Shown here: in pieces, positions 58,516 through 64,000 of the stretch
Position numbering within the stretch: position 1 is the first letter of the stretch
Layout of the letters: every line of letters starts with the position of its first letter
Assembly (NCBI GenBank): GCA_019694135.1
Contig: JAIBCM010000002.1
Location: 22,143-86,142, forward strand
Reading direction: 5' to 3'
Origin: Verrucomicrobiia bacterium
GTDB lineage: Bacteria; Verrucomicrobiota; Verrucomicrobiia; JADLBR01; JAIBCM01
DNA: 64,000 bases
Translations under genes and position numbers: made by a program
Notes under the pieces: generated by a model
The model's database searches: none
What the model saw: only the letters and a program-made list of their open reading frames with translations
Told to the model about the DNA's origin: nothing

Positions 58516-59742
58516 ATGGCGAATGCGTTAGTGATTGGGATGGGCGGAGTTGGTTCAGTAATTAGTAAAAAGTTGCACAGTTATGATTGTTTTGAGCGAA
58601 TTTATTTAGCAGATGTCGATACGATTTTTGCATTGGCTTTGCATGAGAAAACTAAAAAAAGTCGTTTTCATGTGACACAACTCAATGCCATGGACACAGC
58701 GAAGTTGGCGCAGTTCATGAAGGACAATAAGATTGATGTGACATGTAATGCCTCTCTTTGCACGACGAATCATTCGGTGTTGGAAGCCTGTGCTCAAGCG
58801 GGCTCGCATTATACGGATATGGCAGCGGATATTTATTCTCCGCCCGGGGTAAAGCGGCCTGGTAAAAATTCTTACGAAGCGGAAATTGAAAAGTTTAATG
58901 ATCGTTTTGTGGAAAAGGGCATTACAGGTGTGTTGTGTATGGGAATGGATCCGGGTGCGGTGAATGTGTTTGCGCGTTGGGCGGTCGATCGCCTGGACAC
59001 GGCGAGCAGTATTCGTGTGTTGGACGCGGATAATGCGGAAGTGAAAGGTTATCGTTTTGCTGTGTTGTTTTCGCCGGAGACGTTATTTGAGGAGTTGGCA
59101 GCGATTCCTTATTATGTAAAAGAAGGACGCGTAACATCCGGCAAGCCTTTGGAGACTGAAGTGGAATGGATTCGGTTTCCGGAACCGATTGGGATGATGA
59201 AAACCTATGCAGTGGCGCACGAAGAAGGTGTGAGTTTAGGAATTTATCCTCCTTTTGTTGCTAAGGGTGTGAAGTATTCGGTTTTTAAATATACCTTATC
59301 GGATAAGGTGGTGAATTTATCGAAAGCTTTATCTCTTTTAGATGTGGATACTTGGAAAAAGGTAAAAGTGGATGGCGTAGAAGTGGCGCCCATTCGGGTG
59401 GCGACGGCGAATCTGCCCAAACCTGCCCAATTAGGACCGACGGTGGAAGGTTACTCATGTGTGGGCACGGAAGTTCGGGGAATGAAAGATAAAAAAAATG
59501 TGGAATATTTTATTTATACGATGGACGATCATCGAAAAACTTACGAAAAATATGGGTATTCTTTGACCGTGGTGCAGACAGGCATTCCGCCAGCGATGAC
59601 AGCGAAATATTTGGTGACGGGCCAAATTAAAGAAAAAGGGGTTTTGATGCCGGAAGCTTTGAAACCGGATGTGTTCATGGAAGATTTTTCCAAAGAAGGG
59701 TTACCTATTTTTATTGAAAAACGTGAAGTGGAAAGGCTTTAA
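58516..59742 (+). CDS. Saccharopine dehydrogenase family NAD(P)-binding protein (possible carboxy(nor)spermidine/saccharopine dehydrogenase)
   Basis: N-terminal Rossmann motif ALVIGMGGVGSV. Length is ~410 aa from MANAL. Confidence 0.6.
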   Translation: MANALVIGMGGVGSVISKKLHSYDCFERIYLADVDTIFALALHEKTKKSRFHVTQLNAMDTAKLAQFMKDNKIDVTCNASLCTTNHSVLEACAQAGSHYTDMAADIYSPPGVKRPGKNSYEAEIEKFNDRFVEKGITGVLCMGMDPGAVNVFARWAVDRLDTASSIRVLDADNAEVKGYRFAVLFSPETLFEELAAIPYYVKEGRVTSGKPLETEVEWIRFPEPIGMMKTYAVAHEEGVSLGIYPPFVAKGVKYSVFKYTLSDKVVNLSKALSLLDVDTWKKVKVDGVEVAPIRVATANLPKPAQLGPTVEGYSCVGTEVRGMKDKKNVEYFIYTMDDHRKTYEKYGYSLTVVQTGIPPAMTAKYLVTGQIKEKGVLMPEALKPDVFMEDFSKEGLPIFIEKREVERL

Positions 59743-59761
59743 TTTTATTTTTTAAAAATTT

Positions 59762-61192
59762 ATGGCTATCGCAGTAAAAGGTTTGTTAATAGGGAAGGAG
59801 TGGGTTTCTTCTCCCAATTCTTATTCTCTTCGAAATCCGTATTCTGGTGAAGAAATTACAAAAATTCCTACCGCAACAGAGGAGTTATTGGAGCACGGCA
59901 TTCAAAAAGCGCATGAGACGTTTGACATAGTTCGCAAACAATCTGCAGCGGAACGTTCCGATTTGTTACGTTCGATTGCAGCGGAGTTGGAAAAACGACG
60001 TAATGATTTCATCGAAGCGTTGATTGTGGAAGCTGGCAAACCGGTTACCTTTGCCGAAGTGGAAGCATCGCGTGCGGTGATGACGTTTACTATTGCAGCG
60101 GAAGAGGCGCGTCATCAAGAGGGGCATCTTTTGGATATCGATGCTTTGCCTCCTGGGAAAGACCATTTTGGGTTAATCAAACGTTTTCCCATTGGCGTGA
60201 TTGCGGGCATTACTCCGTTTAACTTTCCTTTGAATTTAGTCGCTCATAAAGTGGCGCCCTGTTTGGCTACGGGTAATACGATGCTGCTTAAGCCGGCAGC
60301 CAAAACGCCTTTGTGTTCTTTATTGTTGGGTGAAGTGTTATTAAAAGCGGGTATGACGCCTGGGCAGGTCAATATTATGCCTTGTTCCAATGAATTAGCT
60401 GGTAAATTAATTTCAGACGAGCGAATTAAAAAAATTTCTTTCACGGGCAGTCCTGAAGTGGGGTGGCGGTTGAAAGCGGGTTGCGGTCGAAAAAAAATTA
60501 CTTTGGAACTAGGCGGTAATGCGGGAGTGATTGTTCATGACGATGCGAATTGGGAGTCGGCGATTCCCTTAATTGCCACGGGCGGATTTTCTTATGCGGG
60601 GCAATCTTGCATTAGTGTGCAACGCATTTTGGTGCAGGAATCGATTTTCGAAAGTTTTAAAGAAAAATTTGTCAATCAGGTGAAAAACAAAATCAAAACC
60701 GGTGATCCGAGACAACGCGATGTGACGGTTGGGCCGATGATTGATGAAGGCTCTTTAAAACGCATTGATAATTGGGTGCAAGAAGCGGTGAAAGAAGGCG
60801 CTAAGGTGCTCGTGGGCGGAAAAGTGAATGGCAACTGTTTTGAAGCGACCGTTTTGGATGGGGTCAAAGCGAGTATGAAGGTTTGTGCGCAGGAAGTTTT
60901 TGCGCCAGTGGTGACTTTGCAATCGTATGGAACGTATGATGAGGCGTTGCAGATCGTGAATGATTCTCGTTACGGTTTGCAAGCAGGTGTTTTCACCAAT
61001 GATATCAAGCGTGCAATGCAAGCTTTTGCCGAACTGGAAGTGGGCGGCGTTTTGATTAATCAAGTGCCTACGTTTCGCGTGGAAAATATGCCTTACGGCG
61101 GAGTTAAAGACAGTGGATTTGGTCGCGAAGGATTGCGTTATGCGATGGAAGAAATGACAGAAATGAAAGCTTTGATTTTTAATTTGAAATAA
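59762..61192 (+). CDS. NAD(P)-dependent aldehyde dehydrogenase (SSADH/GapN-like)
   Basis: ALDH motifs ELGGNAG and FSYAGQSC, which carries the catalytic Cys, plus EVFAPV. Confidence 0.8.
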   Translation: MAIAVKGLLIGKEWVSSPNSYSLRNPYSGEEITKIPTATEELLEHGIQKAHETFDIVRKQSAAERSDLLRSIAAELEKRRNDFIEALIVEAGKPVTFAEVEASRAVMTFTIAAEEARHQEGHLLDIDALPPGKDHFGLIKRFPIGVIAGITPFNFPLNLVAHKVAPCLATGNTMLLKPAAKTPLCSLLLGEVLLKAGMTPGQVNIMPCSNELAGKLISDERIKKISFTGSPEVGWRLKAGCGRKKITLELGGNAGVIVHDDANWESAIPLIATGGFSYAGQSCISVQRILVQESIFESFKEKFVNQVKNKIKTGDPRQRDVTVGPMIDEGSLKRIDNWVQEAVKEGAKVLVGGKVNGNCFEATVLDGVKASMKVCAQEVFAPVVTLQSYGTYDEALQIVNDSRYGLQAGVFTNDIKRAMQAFAELEVGGVLINQVPTFRVENMPYGGVKDSGFGREGLRYAMEEMTEMKALIFNLK

Positions 61193-61212
61193 GAAAGCGG
61201 AAAGGAACAGTC

Positions 61213-62691
61213 ATGAGCTTAGGAAAAATGTATATTGATGGGAAATGGGTGGTGGCTGCTGAAGGGGGCACGCGTGATATTTTGAATCCTGCGACTAATG
61301 AGGTTGTTGCGACAGTGGCAGAAGGCTCAGCGAAAGATGCGGAGCGCGCAGTTTTGGCAGCGCGGAAAGCTTTTGATGAAGGACCCTGGCCACAAAAATT
61401 AGCAATAGAACGAGCGGCGCTTTTATTTAAGTTAGCAGATAAAATTGAGGCGCATGCCGATGAGTTTGCAGAACTGGACACGCGCAATATGGGTAAGCCG
61501 TTGCGCGAAGCCAAATTTGATGTGGCAGACACGGTAAACTGTTTTCGCTATTATGCTGGGCTCATTACCAAATCATTGGGACAAACCTATGAAGTGCCGG
61601 ATCCCAATATTACCTCGATGGTAGTTCGCGAACCGATCGGGGTGTGTGCGCAAATTATTCCTTGGAATTATCCACTTTTAATGGCGGCTTGGAAATTGGC
61701 CCCGGGTTTGGCTGCGGGCAATTGTTGCATTTTAAAACCGGCAGAAACGACACCTCTTTCTGCTATTCGATTATTTGAATTGATAGATGAATTAGGATTT
61801 CCACCTGGTAGTGCGCAATTGGTGTTGGGGGCGGGACCCGCTGTGGGAATGCCTTTAGCGGAGAGTCATCAGGTTGATAAAGTAGCCTTTACCGGCGGAA
61901 CCGTAACCGGACGTAAAATCATGCAGGCTGCTGTGGGTAATTTGAAAAAAGTGACGCTCGAATTGGGCGGAAAAAGTCCCAATATTATTTTTGCTGACAC
62001 GGATCCCGAGGTAGCTTTGGAATTTGCGATGTTTGGGATTTTGGCGAACCAGGGTGAAGTTTGCAGCGCAGGTTCACGATTGCTTTTGGAAAAATCGATG
62101 GCGGACAAATTTTTGCCACGGTTAGCTTCTGCTTTTCAAAAAGTAAAAGTGGGCGATGGCATGGAGCCGGAAACAGAAATGGGGCCATTGATTACCCAAC
62201 CGCATATGGAAAAAGTTTTGAATTATATCGAGGTTGGAAAGAAAGAGGGCGCAGAATTGCTTTGTGGCGGAAATCGTTTGACCCAAGGCAACTTGGCTAA
62301 AGGTAATTTCGTAGCGCCTACTTTATTTGTTAAAACCGATCCTAACATGCGAGTTGTTAAAGAAGAAATTTTTGGTCCTGTTTTGGTGGTGCAGCTTTTT
62401 TCGGGTGAAGCAGAAGCGGTGCGTATGGCGAATGACACGATTTATGGATTGGCGGGAGGCGTCTTTACTAAAGATGAAGCGAAAGGTCTGCGCATTTTAA
62501 GAAAATTGCGAGCGGGCATTACTTGGCTCAACACTTATCATCCTACTTTTAATGAAGCACCTTGGGGCGGTTATAAACAGTCAGGCATGGGGCGCGAGTT
62601 GGGAACTTATGGATTAGACGCTTATTTGGAGACGAAGCAGATTAATATTAATCTCGCACCGCAACGGGTAAATTGGTTTAGTCAACTTTAA
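61213..62691 (+). CDS. Aldehyde dehydrogenase (betaine/aminobutyraldehyde dehydrogenase-like)
   Basis: Motifs ELGGKSP, GEVCSAGSR with the catalytic Cys, and EEIFGPV. Confidence 0.8.
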   Translation: MSLGKMYIDGKWVVAAEGGTRDILNPATNEVVATVAEGSAKDAERAVLAARKAFDEGPWPQKLAIERAALLFKLADKIEAHADEFAELDTRNMGKPLREAKFDVADTVNCFRYYAGLITKSLGQTYEVPDPNITSMVVREPIGVCAQIIPWNYPLLMAAWKLAPGLAAGNCCILKPAETTPLSAIRLFELIDELGFPPGSAQLVLGAGPAVGMPLAESHQVDKVAFTGGTVTGRKIMQAAVGNLKKVTLELGGKSPNIIFADTDPEVALEFAMFGILANQGEVCSAGSRLLLEKSMADKFLPRLASAFQKVKVGDGMEPETEMGPLITQPHMEKVLNYIEVGKKEGAELLCGGNRLTQGNLAKGNFVAPTLFVKTDPNMRVVKEEIFGPVLVVQLFSGEAEAVRMANDTIYGLAGGVFTKDEAKGLRILRKLRAGITWLNTYHPTFNEAPWGGYKQSGMGRELGTYGLDAYLETKQININLAPQRVNWFSQL

Positions 62692-62769
62692 AAAATATTC
62701 TTAATGTTAATAATATTAAAAAACTCTTGCAGTCTTTCTTTGAAAGCGCGATAAAGCCTCTGCTCCCCT

Positions 62770-63852
62770 ATGGAATACATGGTAGAACTTTTAGGAATCG
62801 TGAAGCGATTTGGTTCTTTCACCGCGATTAGCGATGTTACGCTTCAAATTAAACCGGGTGAATTCATGACGTTTTTAGGCCCTTCGGGCTGCGGTAAAAC
62901 GACATTGTTGCGAATGATTTCGGGTTTTGACACGCCTACTGAAGGTCGCGTGCTTTTGGCTGGTGAAGATGTAACGTTTGTGCCCCCGCATAAACGTAAT
63001 GTGAATCAAGTTTTTCAAAGTTATGCGCTTTTTCCGCATTTAACCGTTCGTGAGAACATTGAGTTTGGTTTGAAGATGCAAAAAGTGCCTAAATCGGAAA
63101 TAACTGAGCGGGTAAACTCTGCGGTTGAGATTGTGGCTTTGACGGGTTTTGAAGAGAGAAAACCGAGTCAACTTTCCGGTGGTCAACGTCAACGTGTAGC
63201 TTTAGCGCGAGCGATTGTCTGTCGACCTAAGGTTTTGTTGTTGGATGAACCTTTGTCAGCTTTGGATGCGAAATTGCGTCATTCCATGCAAATTGAATTA
63301 AAACGTTTGCAAAAAAAATTGGGCATTACTTTTGTTTTTGTAACACACGATCAAGAAGAAGCGCTTACGATGTCGGATCGCATTGCGATTATTCATAAAG
63401 GCAAAATTGAGCAGTTAGGCGATGCGACAGAAATTTATCATTATCCCAAAACTAATTTTGTGGCGAATTTCATTGGGCAAGCCAACATTTTGAAAGCGCG
63501 AGTTTTAGATCGTGAGGGCGCTCAAGGTCGCGTTAAATTGGACGAAGGAACGGTGCTCACGGTAAATATGGCAAATCTCGCTTCGAATGTGGAAGAAGCG
63601 CTAGTTTCCATTCGTCCTGAAAAAATTCATCTTCAAAAAAATAAGCCCCAGGGTGAAAATATCATGGAGGTTCAAATTCAGGAAGAAATTTTCAAAGGAG
63701 CCATTGATCAAATGCAGTTGGTGACTAATTCTGGTTTAGAACTAACTGCAGTGGTTGCCAATGAAAGCATGTTGGATGAATCGTTTCACAAAGGCGAAAA
63801 GCTTTTTTGTCAATTTCATCCCAATGATATTGTTGTGGTGCAAGACGATTAA
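62770..63852 (+). CDS. potA: ABC transporter ATP-binding protein, spermidine/putrescine importer PotA-like
   Basis: Walker A GPSGCGKTT, signature LSGGQRQR and Walker B LLLDEP. The C-terminal TOBE-like domain is also present. Confidence 0.8.
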   Translation: MEYMVELLGIVKRFGSFTAISDVTLQIKPGEFMTFLGPSGCGKTTLLRMISGFDTPTEGRVLLAGEDVTFVPPHKRNVNQVFQSYALFPHLTVRENIEFGLKMQKVPKSEITERVNSAVEIVALTGFEERKPSQLSGGQRQRVALARAIVCRPKVLLLDEPLSALDAKLRHSMQIELKRLQKKLGITFVFVTHDQEEALTMSDRIAIIHKGKIEQLGDATEIYHYPKTNFVANFIGQANILKARVLDREGAQGRVKLDEGTVLTVNMANLASNVEEALVSIRPEKIHLQKNKPQGENIMEVQIQEEIFKGAIDQMQLVTNSGLELTAVVANESMLDESFHKGEKLFCQFHPNDIVVVQDD

Positions 63853-63896
63853 ACGTTTGTTTATTCTTAATTTCGCATTAAGCTCACTTTGTGAAA

Positions 63897-64000
63897 ATGA
63901 TTGAAAGCAGCGCTCGCACTCAAGCACTTCTCAAGCTTCGAGCTGAACAGGTAGCGCGTGGCCCTTTTAATGTAGCGCCTTATTTTGCTGCCAGAGCAAA
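63897..64000 (+). CDS. Class-III (GABA/putrescine-type) aminotransferase, 5' partial (runs off window)
   Basis: The ATG at 63897 opens an ORF reading MIESSARTQALLKLRAEQVARGPFNVAPYFAARA. This matches GabT/SpuC-type N-termini (R..A.PRGV....P.F..RA). It is too short to appear in the ORF track. Confidence 0.4.
   Translation, partial: MIESSARTQALLKLRAEQVARGPFNVAPYFAARA

Noticed and set aside
1-64000. CRISPR arrays, IS elements, integrases and prophage genes
   Set aside because: There are no direct-repeat/spacer arrays, no transposase or integrase-like ORFs and no terminal inverted repeats flanking tRNAs. The four tRNA genes are not followed by foreign-looking DNA.

Overview
This window is densely coding bacterial chromosome of roughly 45-50% GC. 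The gene content looks like the PVC superphylum, possibly Verrucomicrobia: a SWIB-domain protein, GTP-dependent PEP carboxykinase, an HpnCDE/SHC hopanoid locus, a sigma-54 activator and many TPR/VWA proteins. That assignment comes from gene content alone and is a guess. I count about 55 protein genes and four tRNAs: Gln-TTG (-), Thr-CGT (-), Pro-GGG (+) and Cys-GCA (-). There are no rRNA genes, no CRISPR array and no obvious mobile elements. Housekeeping blocks are yggS; iorAB with apt; mnmA-cutA; a sigma-70 family factor; hemC-hemA with a ccsA-like gene; ispE next to tRNA-Gln; aroF-type DAHP synthase; infA; mreBCD-mrdA-rodA-rng; an AI-2E transporter; rlpA; ilvB; rplM-rpsI; and pckG. Three regions stand out. 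First, a long minus-strand operon at 796-13242 reads TPR-TPR-exbB-exbD-exbD, then a TonB-topology protein with a VWA/MIDAS head, then a secreted Lon-like pseudo-protease, then a three-module PBP. That PBP has GT51, a catalytically degenerate class-A transpeptidase and an intact class-B transpeptidase. I read the operon as a Tol/Ton-like motor wired to peptidoglycan synthesis. Second, a hopanoid locus: acs-shc-hpnG-like converges on lipoprotein-hpnC-(hpnD::hpnE fusion). Third, a putrescine/GABA-type catabolic cluster at the 3' end: saccharopine-DH-like, two ALDHs, potA and the start of a class-III aminotransferase. Other points: an NtrC-like activator whose receiver carries Glu in place of the phospho-accepting Asp; a ~300 nt highly structured, terminator-capped element upstream of mreB that may be a ncRNA or leader; an orphan nuoH; and an IF-1 with a basic C-terminal tail. 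All product calls rest on motifs I read directly in the six-frame translations. No database searches were run.
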